A stretch of DNA of 26,886 nt from the NCBI RefSeq assembly GCF_006345805.1, contig NW_021834763.1, positions 1 through 26,886 of the forward strand. The letters are read 5' to 3'. This document shows positions 1-10,080 of this stretch, in pieces (positions within the stretch are counted from its first letter, which is position 1; every line of letters begins with the position of its first letter). The notes under the pieces were generated by a model that saw nothing but the letters and a program-made list of their open reading frames with translations, did no database searches and was not told the DNA's origin. The translations under genes and the position numbers were made by a program. The DNA is from Octopus sinensis. Lineage: Eukaryota.

Positions 1-181
1 GAATGCATCCTTTCCTTAAAAAAAATTATTATTGTAGGATGATGTAATTTGGGAACTTGATTTCTAAATTTTAGCAGGCACGATTTTTACTTAGCACGTT
101 TTCGATGTTGGTAATAATGAAGATAGTGTTGTGTTGGAGAAGAAATGCCACCAGATTGGGCCACAAGTAGCACATCTCTCA

Positions 182-267
182 ACATACATACATACATACA
201 TACATACATACATACATACATACATACATACATACATACATACATACATACATACATACATACATAC
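182..267 (+). repeat. (ACAT)n microsatellite
   Basis: Perfect tetranucleotide run seen directly; source of the spurious HTYI-repeat ORF 131..313. Confidence 0.97.
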
Positions 268-429
268 GTATTTGTTTTTATGTCCAGTTATAATAAAAAC
301 AATTGTACATTAATCTGATGGGTTACACTATCCTTTTGTAGAATACAAATTTATTATTCTTATACAAGAACGTTGTTCGCGGTGACTTCGAAGTCATTGT
401 CAATAGCATTTTGATAAGAATATTATGAC

Positions 430-438
430 GTATATATA

Positions 439-488
<50 letters not shown>

Positions 489-1064
489 ACACATATGTAT
501 ATATGTTATATCATTTGGACAACTTGATATTTTAATATTTCTAATTTCTAAGGTAAAAATTCCATTGAATATCAAATTATCTACCAGTACGGTTAGAAAA
601 TCTAAGGGTATCTTTATATATACATACATGCACACATACACACATACACATACATACAACACATACATACACTCACACACGTACATACATATATATATAC
701 AGAGAAACAGACTGACAGACAGACAGCAGTCACACACAGATGACAGGACACAAACAATAAATGCATACAAATATATTTACACTGCATGCATACATCTACA
801 CACATAAAAGTTCATAAATATATTACATATACGTGCATACATTTATACATATATGTATATATTATCTACATCTATATACATGCAGACATACATACATTCG
901 TACCCAAAAACACACACATATAGACACGTATATATCATGCATAAATTCTTGTGTGTGTGTATATATATATATATGTATATATAAGTATATAATATGTATA
1001 TATATATGTATATATATGTATATACATACATATATCTATATCTGTATGTATATATATATATATA

Positions 1065-1100
<36 letters not shown>

Positions 1101-1290
1101 TATAGAATTGCATACATATACATACATATACATATGTATATACACATATATATGTGTATAAACATATATACACACACATATATATGTATATATATAATAT
1201 ATACAGATATAGATATATACATACATGCATACATACATACATACATACATACATACATACATACATACTAACATACACCATACAAACATA
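430..1290. repeat. Compound (AT)n/(AC)n/(ACAT)n low-complexity tract
   Basis: Interrupted dinucleotide and tetranucleotide runs; explains all overlapping Y/I/C/V/M-rich ORFs at 423-1289. Confidence 0.93.
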
Positions 1291-1362
1291 TTTTTGCTAC
1301 TTTCTAAAACAATTCGCTACGTTTTGAAAATTTTGAGCTTCTTTTAATTTACACAGATCTAG

Positions 1363-1584
1363 CAAACCCTGCTGGAGAGAGTTAATAAAGACAGATTTTT
1401 TATCCCTTTAAACCTATGTGTAGAACATTTTAAATACATGAAAACTATGACGGACGGAGTGTTAGTTAATGACGCAGTAGAAAGACACTCACACACATAC
1501 ACAATCGGCCGACGGAGTTTCTCAACTGAGAAGCTTTTAACGAACACTGAGAATAATTTTTTAGTTCGAAAAGAAGAAATTTAA
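1363..1584 (+). other. Candidate exon: stop-free frame of 73 codons after a pyrimidine-rich acceptor (QTLLERVNKDRFFIPLNLCVEHFKYMKTMTDGV...RKEEI*)
   Basis: cttcttttaatttacacAG-atctAG acceptor pair at 1355-1362, then an open frame to TAA at 1582-1584 in non-repetitive sequence. No family recognised; could be chance. Confidence 0.2.
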
Positions 1585-1928
1585 TTGGGGAAGAATTTGA
1601 TAAGAAATTTGATACAAAATTTCTTAATTTCTTAATAAGAATAACCTGTTTGATACAGCGGTCATATATATTATCCCATTCTTTTTATTGGTTTTCTACC
1701 ATTTCACTTCGGCCATAATCAAGGAGTTTAGTCAATCATATATATATATCAATACAAATTTCCTCCTTTTATTTATATTACCAATATCAATTTGTCGAAC
1801 CGCTAGAGAATAAGTCATAAAGGGACATGGCACGTTATGGACAGAATAAAAATCTTTCATTTCCATTTATGGTAGATGAAAAATAAACTCAAATTAAACT
1901 CCATCTCAATTCGGTGAAGAAAGTAAAT

Positions 1929-1946
1929 TATCTATCTATCTATCTT

Positions 1947-1999
<53 letters not shown>

Positions 2000-2048
2000 A
2001 TCTATCTATCCATCCATCCATCTATTATTATCTATCTATCTATCTATA

Positions 2049-2085
<37 letters not shown>
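1929..2085 (+). repeat. (CTAT)n microsatellite
   Basis: Interrupted CTAT/CCAT run seen directly. Confidence 0.95.
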
Positions 2086-2242
2086 CTCCCCCATCTCTAT
2101 TCTCTATATATATAGAGAGAGATGATAGACAGATATAAATATATACTTATACATTATATATAGATATAATATAGTATATATATATGTATAAGTATATATT
2201 TAAGTGGTGGGTGTGTTATAATATATATATAAATGTATTATT

Positions 2243-2279
<37 letters not shown>

Positions 2280-2366
2280 TGTGTGTGTGTGTGTATATTG
2301 TGCCCCACCAGGTCGCGGCCTTCGGGCTGAAACATTTTTAAGGATTTAAGGATTTATATATATATG

Positions 2367-2425
<59 letters not shown>

Positions 2426-3109
2426 AATACAATTCTCCATGAGAGTATATATTTTTTTCGAAATAAAGAATGTCCTCTTATTTATTGGTTATTTTTAATC
2501 CGATAATTATTATTTCATAATATACTCTTTTCTTTTTTGACAAGTGAGAATATTATGGCGTAATCTAAAGTTATGATCAAAAACTGAAAGCTAATGATAC
2601 GTGCTCGCCCTGCTAGAAATAGAAGCCAAAGAACTCTAAAAAATTACAACTTACAGCACTAGAAATATAAAGGATACATTAATGGGTTAATATATATATA
2701 TAGTATTATATATAGTATTATATACACTGAAAAAAAAATGTAGGGGAAAAGAAAAAGACAGAATGCTTACGGCTGGAATACTTTTCAGAATGGGGTTCAC
2801 TGGATTATGGCTGACCTTGGGCTAAATAACAACATACATACACACACCTGTATATTTATGGATTCACTGCATGTAAACCTCTATCAACAATGGACGAACA
2901 TTATTTTGTTTCTCTTTCCCGATATTTTCCTTACATTTATTTTATAATATTTCAACACACAACACGGAAACATTACTGACAGACAATAAAGAGAAAATTT
3001 CCTCTTCTCTCATGTTTGTTATTCACGTGATATGTCGTCTGCTCTTTCCCTTTGGTCACATGATATCGTATGCCGTCATGTTATTTACCCCCCACCCCCA
3101 CCCCCACCC

Positions 3110-3362
3110 GCTCTCTCTCCCTCGCTCTTCTTCACTCTTTCTGTGTTTCTTTGTCTGTCTGCCTGTCTGTCTGTCCGATTCTCTCTATCTCTCCCTCTCT
3201 CTCTTTCTCTCCCTCTCTCTCTTTCTCCCCCTCTCTTTCTCTCGTTCTAATTCTCTCTTCCTCATTCTAACTTGTTGCTCTCACCCTTTCTCTTACTTTT
3301 GGTTTTCTGAGTATCAATCACCCTGACGCATGCACATGTGATTACACACACACACACAAAAC

Positions 3363-3412
<50 letters not shown>

Positions 3413-3420
3413 CATACACA
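3110..3420. repeat. (CT)n-rich tract followed by (AC)n microsatellite
   Basis: Seen directly; source of the SL- and HT-repeat ORFs. Confidence 0.9.
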
Positions 3421-3587
3421 CAGCCTCTACACGGTCACGCGGCATGCTAGAAACAACAGCCAAGTTCAATGTTTCTTTAACATACATGAGGATCACCAGC
3501 AGTTAGTTCTAAGTTATAAACTCTCTTTGAAAGAGTTTACATCTGAATGTTACCTTCCATCATAATTTTATAAAAGAAATTTCTGTT

Positions 3588-3781
3588 TAGTAACGTTTCA
3601 AAAAGCAACTTAGTAATGGCGAAGGTAGTTATTTCACTAGATTCCAGACATAACAAAATTAAATGAAATATTTGAACAGTATATAATTCATTAACAAAAT
3701 ATATATTGTCGTAGAGGGGTTAAACCAAAAAATGAGTGCTATATATAAAGCTGTCCAAGGGACTCCGAAAAAGATGGGATG
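3588..3781 (+). repeat. Local duplicated unit, copy 1 (uninterrupted, empty MITE site)
   Basis: agtaacgtttcaaaaagcaacttagtaatgg...ccaagggactccgaaaaagatgggatg matches 4614-4706 plus 5772-5872 closely, read by eye. Confidence 0.9.
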
Positions 3782-3789
3782 TCACGGTT

Positions 3790-3930
3790 GGATTTGTAAT
3801 GTGGTAAAGAAGTTTCGGGTTCAGTCCCACTTCACATCACCTTGGGTGTTTTCTACTATAACCCCTGGTCGACTAATGGTAGACGGAAACTGAAAGAAGC
3901 CTGTTGTATGTAATATATATGTGTGTGTTT

Positions 3931-3975
<45 letters not shown>

Positions 3976-4335
3976 CATGTTCCTCTGTGCGTGTGTGTAT
4001 GTGTGTGCATGTTTCTCTGTGTGTGTGTGTATGTGCGTGAGTGTGTTTCTCTGGTGTGTGTGTGTGTGTGTGTGTGTACGTGTGTACGAGTGTTTGTGTG
4101 CCTTTGTGTTTGTGCCCCCACTCTACTGCGTAACAACCGGTGTCGGTTTGTTTGCATCCCCGTAACTTGGCGGTTTGACTAAAGAGACCAATAGAATAAG
4201 TACCAGATTGTAAAATAATAATAATAAATAATAATAATAATAATAATAATAAGTACTAAAGTCGATTTGTTCGACTAAAAACTCTTCAAGTGATGCCCCA
4301 GAATGGCCGCAGTTCAAGTAAAGGAAAAACGAGGA
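3790..4335 (+). mobile_element. SINE family 1, degenerate copy with long internal (GT)n and (AAT)n
   Basis: Contains gggttcagtcccact, ggtagacggaaactgaaagaagcc, cgtaacttggcggtt..gaccaatagaataagtacc and gatgccccagaatggccgcagt, all matching the intact copy at 14720-15118. Confidence 0.8.
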
Positions 4336-4451
4336 AAGTATTGTTCGTCTGCTCGTTCAAGTTTGAATTGGAACCAAATTATGTGTGTGTTTGTGTGTAT
4401 GTGTGTGTGTGGTGTGTGTGTGTGGTGTGTGTGTGTGTATACAAACGCGCG

Positions 4452-4607
4452 CGCGCGGTCCCAGGAATTTTTCGAAAAGTGGGCACAAGGTCAGAAGGAA
4501 ATACAATTCCAGGAGAAAAAGGCGTAATAGCATTATTTAGAAAGGCGCACTTTCTTTTCTTGAGCGGGTCACGTGCCCCGTCAGGCCCAGTCTCGAGTCC
4601 GCCCCTG
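4452..4607. mobile_element. Degenerate MITE with a right-hand AGTCCGCCCCTG terminus
   Basis: 4596-4607 agtccgcccctg is the reverse complement of the caggggcggact terminus at 6295; the left end is not intact and no TSD was found. Confidence 0.4.
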
Positions 4608-4706
4608 ATATATAGTATCGTTTCAAGAAGCAACTTAGTAATGGAGAAAATAGTTATTTCACTAGATTCCAGACAAAACAAAATTAAATGAAATATTTGA
4701 GCAGTA

Positions 4707-5173
4707 CCGTAAATCTTCGAGTATAGTCCGCCCTTGAGTATAATATGCAGGGGATTTTTAAGGGGCTGTACCTCTGAAAAACTTAAACCTTGTGTATAAT
4801 ACGCACCCCTTCTCTAACTTGAGTCAAGGAGGTCTATATAACGTCCTTGGTTTGTAAAAATGTATACGGTAATGTCCTTTATTATTATTGAACATATAAC
4901 ATAATGCAAACTTGTAGCTTTTTTACTCTTTACTCTTACTTATTTCAGTCATTTGACTGCGGCCAAGCTGGAGCACCGCCTTTAGTCGAGCAAATCGACC
5001 CCGGGACTTATTCTTTGTAAGCCCAGTACTTATTCTATCGGTCTCTTTTGCCGAACCGCTAAGTGACAGGGACGTAAACACACCAGCATCGGTTGTCAAG
5101 CAATGCTAGAGGGACAAAACACATACACACACACCACACACACAACCATATATATATATATATATACACACAC

Positions 5174-5204
<31 letters not shown>

Positions 5205-5771
5205 TTATGTGAAATAGAAAGATGAATAATCTTGTAGTAGATTAATCAAAAGTTTAACCGATACCTTAGTAGCAAAAATCACAGCAGTAAACAGTATATA
5301 TATATATATATATATACATATATACGACAGGCTTCTTTCAGTTTCCGTCTACCAAATCCACTCACAAGGCTTTGGTCGGCCCGAGCTATAGCAGAAGACA
5401 CTTGCCCAAGATGCCACGCAGTGGGACTGAACCCGGAACTATGTGGCTGGTTAGCAAAGTAACCAGCATTAAGAGTATATGATCTTACCACACAGCCACT
5501 CCTGCGCATTTTGCTTGCAGAAAATAAAGAAATAGCAGTAATAACGTTTAATAAATGTTGCTTACAGCAAGTTATGGATGATTTAAGGTATTTTCACACC
5601 CGACATCACAAAATGCGTCTGAATAAACATTGCCGGACAGCAAATAGAGACTCGGACATTGCTTAGAAAATAATTTTCGTTTTTAACCTCGTATATAGTA
5701 CGCACTAGGGATTTTGACCTTTACATTTTTTTGGTGGGGGGGGGGTGCGGATTATACTCGAGGATTTACGG
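4707..5771. mobile_element. Non-autonomous Tc1/mariner-superfamily (pogo/Tc2-like) MITE, about 480 bp plus a nested SINE
   Basis: 25-bp TIRs, 23/25 matching (4707-4731 ccgtaaatcttcgagtatagtccgc; 5747-5771 gcggattatactcgaggatttacgg). TA TSD at 4705-4706 and 5772-5773, confirmed by the empty site cagTAtataattc at 3677-3689. Subterminal tataatacgcac-like repeats; no transposase ORF. Confidence 0.9.
4921..5508 (-). mobile_element. SINE family 1, full length, nested in the MITE
   Basis: Reverse complement of the gcgcaggagtggctgtgtggtaag head ends at 5508, the tail ttttactc...tttcagtcatttgactgcggcc starts at 4921, and there is an internal (AC)/(AT) tract. Confidence 0.92.
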
Positions 5772-6294
5772 TATATAATTCATTAACAAAATATATTGTC
5801 ATAGAGGGGTTAAACCAAGAAATGAGTGCAGTATATAAAGCTGTCCAAGGGACTCCGAAAAAAGGATGGGATGGGATCATAACTGTCCGACGAACGGAAA
5901 CGTAAAACTCTCTGAGTAACCGGGTTTTTTTGTGATATTTTTGCAGCCTTAATAAACAAAGCATATTACTCTATTCGAGTACTATTTTTTCCACCTTGTT
6001 TTGCATTTATGTGCATACTCATGTGTGTGTGTGTCTGTGTGTTTATGTATGTATGTGTGCTAATAGTTCGCTTACGCATAGTGATACTGATAACCTGGTG
6101 TTAGAACTCAATAAACGTATGCTTCAGAGCAAGGCGTTAGTCGAGTACAGAGCGTAATAAGAAATTAAATAAATGGCAAAGGAATAGACAAGTATGTAAT
6201 GAACTTCATTAGCTTGTAGCTGTTTCTGCTGTAGGATGCAATGCGTTCATAGTCGAGTGCTTATGTGTAACGCTATAGCTTCATAAACTGTATG

Positions 6295-6434
6295 CAGGGG
6301 CGGACTGAGCCGTCGGTCAATCGAACACTGCCCGGGGCCCGCACTCTACATGTTAACTCTACTAAAACACACATTCAAAGGGGCCTGGTAAACAGTTATA
6401 CCCGAGGGCCCTTAATACTCCAAGTCCGCCGCTG
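6295..6434. mobile_element. 140-bp hAT-type MITE
   Basis: TIRs caggggcggact / agtccgccgctg (11/12). 8-bp TSD actgtatg (6287-6294) / tctgtatg (6435-6442), 7/8. CAG termini with 8-bp TSD are characteristic of hAT. Confidence 0.8.
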
Positions 6435-6569
6435 TCTGTATGTATTACTTGACGTAGATGTTCTGTAAATAAATCATAATACTGCAGATTTCATCTTGAC
6501 ACAATACATACCCTAACGCATACCACAATATGCACTAAAACATATTGTTATTTAAAAATATAAAATAAA

Positions 6570-6963
6570 CTAGCAGTATCGCTCGGTGTTGCTCGGGTTT
6601 GTTTCGACCCTTTAAAATGGGAATTTTTGAAAAGTAAAAATTTTGCATTATGTAGCTTGTTATTCACTTTAAGTGAACTTTTTTCTGGTTGAAATATACT
6701 GAAAAATGGCGACACAGCAAAAAAAAAAAAATCGTAAAAAATAGGGATTTTCATAGAAAAAAAAGCACCTTTTTGGTGTAAATAAGTTTTGGTCTTAACA
6801 TGGTCTGATTTGAATTTTATCTTCTACAGAATGAAGAGCAAACCTTCTTCTATCATACTCTTAATTTTGGTCAACTTGCGCCGCAGGGTCTCGGAGGAGA
6901 TAGTGTTAGTTGAAGGCTACCAAACCTGCCACACACAGACAACTTCAGCTTTATATATATAGA
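6570..6963 (-). mobile_element. Non-autonomous Helitron-like element, copy 1
   Basis: On the minus strand it begins A|TCTATATATATAAAG and ends cccgagcaacaccgagcgatactgCTAG|T: canonical 5' TC, 3' GC-rich hairpin region plus CTAG, A-T insertion site, no TSD. A close second copy lies at 9689-10080. Confidence 0.85.
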
Positions 6964-7096
6964 TTTTATAAAAGAATGTCGACGTTTTCCTTGAAATATT
7001 CATCATATCCGTTTTAGTATTTACAACGAATAAAAGCTACCAATGCTGGAGAAGCAATTCATTTTCAAGCATCCACTGATAATAAACAAGATTTCC

Positions 7097-7165
7097 CAGT
7101 GGTGTAGCTAGAGTTCTGCCGCCTGTGGCAATGCTTGAGTTTGTGTCCCAAATTGGGTGCCCATA
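7097..7165 (+). mobile_element. 5' end fragment of a CAGTGG(C/T)GTAGC-type hAT-like MITE
   Basis: cagtggtgtagctagagt matches the termini at 24180/24814 and the similar start tagtggtgtggctagagt near 22278; no right end found. Confidence 0.45.
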
Positions 7166-7181
7166 TCCTATAAAAACTGAT

Positions 7182-7255
7182 AAAATGGATTATAAGATAT
7201 CCTCGGTTCCAAAAATGGATTATAAGATATCCTCGGTTCCAAAAATGAATTATAA
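7182..7255 (+). repeat. 30-bp tandem repeat, 2.5 copies
   Basis: aaaatggattataagatatcctcggttcca at 7182-7211 and 7212-7241 (identical), plus a partial third copy. Confidence 0.95.
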
Positions 7256-7665
7256 ACAGACACGTACGTGCGTGTGTGCATGCGTGCGTGTGTGCGTATG
7301 TGTGAATGCGCGCGCGCTCGTACGTGCGTGCATTTGTCTGTGTAAACGACCTGTAGGTGTAATCTAATGCTTAAGCCGTTGAGCCAACTGCATTTTTTAA
7401 GCATCGTGACTTTTGAATCACCCTATACTAATTCGTGACGATATCAAGCGATATTGGCTCCAAAATCCATTCGATATGGTGTCATAATAGCAGACTGATC
7501 CATTCTTCCCTTTCATCTTGGTGTCAAGTCAATTCTACAGAGAGCGGCAATGTGCACCTGTTACATCGCTTTGGCTCTGGTAATAAAACTAAATTTTATA
7601 AATACATTAAGTTTAATGTCAGTCAATAAAAATAACAATGGAGAATAAAGATACGTATTTATATC

Positions 7666-7719
<54 letters not shown>

Positions 7720-7923
7720 AATGTTTGTTCTTATATTCAGTTATAATACAACAGTTTTACATTAATCGAATGGGTTACTCGATAATTTTGTAGAGTACAA
7801 ACTTAAAATATATATGAACGTCACGCATCCTTTGAGCACAGTAAGTTCTTACGCATATATAAATATCAATATATATATGTCTGTCTGTCTGTCTGTCTGT
7901 ATGTATGTATGTATGTATGTGTG

Positions 7924-7997
7924 TATGTAAGTATACATATGCATATATGGTTACAGGACGTCACCAACAGTAAACAACATGAATTACTCCTCGAGGA

Positions 7998-8035
<38 letters not shown>

Positions 8036-8108
8036 ACTCCTCGAGGAGTAATTCATGTTGTTTACTGTTGGTGACGTCCTGTAACCATATATGCATATGT
8101 ATACTTAC

Positions 8109-8111
<3 letters not shown>
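7924..8111. repeat. 188-bp near-perfect palindrome (79-bp arms around a (TA)n centre)
   Basis: 7924-8002 is the exact reverse complement of 8033-8111; the spacer is (TA)n with one G. Each arm contains the 16-bp palindrome tactcctcgaggagta. Confidence 0.97.
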
Positions 8112-8154
<43 letters not shown>

Positions 8155-8202
8155 AATATATATATATATATATAAACATGTATATATATATGTAAAAGGA
8201 AA

Positions 8203-8378
8203 GTTTACGAAAATAAAAAAGACGAAGGCAGGTGGAGTACAAACAAACAAAGGTATTAGTATAGCGCTCAGGAATAGAAAAAGTCTTTTACGTTTCGAGC
8301 CTACGCTCTTCGACAGAAAGATACACCGAAAAAAAAACAAGGAGAGAAAATAAATGCGTGTTGGAGCTAACGATCTAT
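8203..8378 (-). mobile_element. Short Penelope-like (pLTR-type) element with a hammerhead-like motif, copy 1
   Basis: Minus strand reads tcttt-CTGTCGA-A-GAGC-gtag-GCTC-GAAACGTA-aaaga (8284-8321). Homologous to 10493-10667 with a 47-bp identical core; adjacent to (TA)n. Confidence 0.65.
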
Positions 8379-8385
8379 GTGTGTG

Positions 8386-8480
8386 TCTCAAGACCGCTTG
8401 ACAACCATTGTAGCTTAGCTTATATTATCATAACTTACTGACTCGGCAAAAGATGCGATAGAATGCGTACCATACTTTAA
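8386..8480 (+). mobile_element. Old 3' remnant of SINE family 1
   Basis: ccgcttgacaacc...taacttactgactcggcaaaagatgcgatagaat aligns loosely with the family 1 3' half. Confidence 0.5.
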
Positions 8481-8666
8481 AAATACCTAGTCTAAGGATC
8501 CTCGAAGCGGTCGTGGGGTGGTTGCCTCCCCTGTCAGTATGTGTGTATATTTTCGGCGCTCCCTTTCAGCATTAAGAGTATATGATCTCGTATTTCTAGC
8601 AATGTAGGTACTTCCAACACACTTAGTGACTATTGAATTTTTCCTTTATGGTATCCCATTGCGCCT

Positions 8667-8897
8667 GGCGGCGAGCTGGCAGAATCGTTAGCACGCCGGG
8701 CGAAATGCTCAGCGGTATTTCGTCTGTCGCTACGTTCTGAGTTCAAATTCCACCGAGGTCGACTTTGCCTTTCATCCTTTCGGGGTCGATTAAATAAGTA
8801 CCAGTTACGCACTAGGGTCGATATAATCGACTTAATCCGTTTGTCTGTCCTTGTTTGTCCCTTCTGTGTTTAGCCCCTTGTGGGTAGTAAAGAAATA
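8667..8897 (+). mobile_element. SINE family 2 (tRNA head plus Nin/Deu-domain-like core), full length with a long TSD
   Basis: Head ggcggcgagctggcagaatcg, B-box gagttcaaattcc, core ctttgcctttcatcctttcggggtcgattaaataagtaccag. 17-bp TSD ggtatcccattgcgcct (8650-8666) / ggtatcccattgcacct (8898-8914). The domain name comes from recalled similarity, not a search. Confidence 0.9.
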
Positions 8898-8992
8898 GGT
8901 ATCCCATTGCACCTGGCTGTTTATATTAATTTACACACACACACACAAATTGATATATATACATGATACACATACATAGACATATATGATAA

Positions 8993-8997
8993 CAGAC

Positions 8998-9090
<93 letters not shown>
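8993..9090 (+). repeat. (GATA)n microsatellite
   Basis: Perfect run seen directly. Confidence 0.97.
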
Positions 9091-9092
<2 letters not shown>

Positions 9093-9257
9093 TTTGAGGT
9101 TGCTATTCATAGGAATATGGATAATTTAGCGTAGTGTTTCCCAACCTGTTCTCTTCCCACCTCAGGCTCCACAATAACTTTCTAGAAAAATGTATGCTTG
9201 ACCCATAGTTGGAAAAAAGCAACTTCATTTTAAATATTAGATGAGTTTATAGGTCGA

Positions 9258-9412
9258 CGCACCGGCAGAATCGTCAGCACGCCGAGCATTTCGTCCGTCT
9301 TCACATTTTGAGTTCAAATTCCAATGTGGCCGACTTTGCCTTTCATCTTTTTAGGGTCGATAAAATAAGTACCAGTTGAATACTGGGGTCTATACAATCG
9401 ACTTACTCCCTC
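9258..9412 (+). mobile_element. SINE family 2, degenerate copy
   Basis: ggcagaatcgtcagcacgccg...gagttcaaattcc...gcctttcatctttttagggtcgataaaataagtaccag matches 8667-8897. Confidence 0.8.
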
Positions 9413-9688
9413 CTTTTGCCAAAATTTGAAATCAATATTTTATCACAATTATTTCAGGCAAAAGAATCTACCGGTAACTCTTTTATTAAGTACTGAGTAC
9501 AAAGAAAAGTACATTACTAAGAAAATAAAAACAAAAGATTTTCACAATTCGTCCAACTAAAAATAAAGAAAAATCTTTTGATCCTCCGATCCATGGCAGT
9601 TTTCCCAGGCCCACCGGGGTGGGGGGGAGTAGATTTAGAATAAAGAACGCAAATACATTCTCTTTGGGCTCATAATTTTTTTAATAAA

Positions 9689-10080
9689 CTAGCAGTATCG
9701 CCTGGCGTTGCTCGGGTTTGTTTCGATCCTTTAGAATTGGAATTTTTGAAAAGTAAAAATTTCGCATTATGTAGCTTGTTACTCTCTTCAAGTGAACATT
9801 TTTCTGGTTGAAATACACCAAAAAACGGCGACACAGCAATAAAAAAAATCGTAAAAAATAAGGATTTTCATAGAAAAAAGCACCTTTTTGATGTAAATAA
9901 TTTTTGGTCTTAACATGGTCCGATTTGAATTTTATCTTCTACGGAAGGAAGAGCAAGCCTTCTTCTAACATACTTTCAATTTTGGTCAACTTGCGCCGCA
10001 GGGTTTCGGAGGAGATAGTGTTAGTTGAAGGCTACCAATCTTGCCATACACAGACAACTTCAGCTTTATATATACAGAGA
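9689..10080 (-). mobile_element. Non-autonomous Helitron-like element, copy 2
   Basis: Collinear with 6570-6963 over about 390 bp, with the same CTAG end and TC start on the minus strand and different flanks. Confidence 0.85.

Noticed and set aside
4380-4457. (GT)n-(CG)n alternating tract as a functional Z-DNA element (also 7262-7332)
   Set aside because: Such tracts are common by-products of microsatellite turnover here, and nothing in the sequence indicates function.
5520-5700. Transposase remnant inside the Tc1/mariner-type MITE
   Set aside because: No HTH or DDE/D motif was recognisable in any frame.
6200-6262. Possible further hammerhead on the minus strand (ctatgaa...gcaGAAACAGCTaca)
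   Set aside because: The CUGANGA box is broken, there is no GUH triplet and no stem I; at most very old debris.
7182-7255. 30-bp direct repeats as a possible CRISPR array
   Set aside because: The repeats are head to tail with no spacers, there are no cas genes, and the context is eukaryotic.
5464-9689. A 3.1-kb tandem duplication suggested by two similar offsets (5464 to 8567, 6570 to 9689)
   Set aside because: The sequences between and around the anchors do not align.
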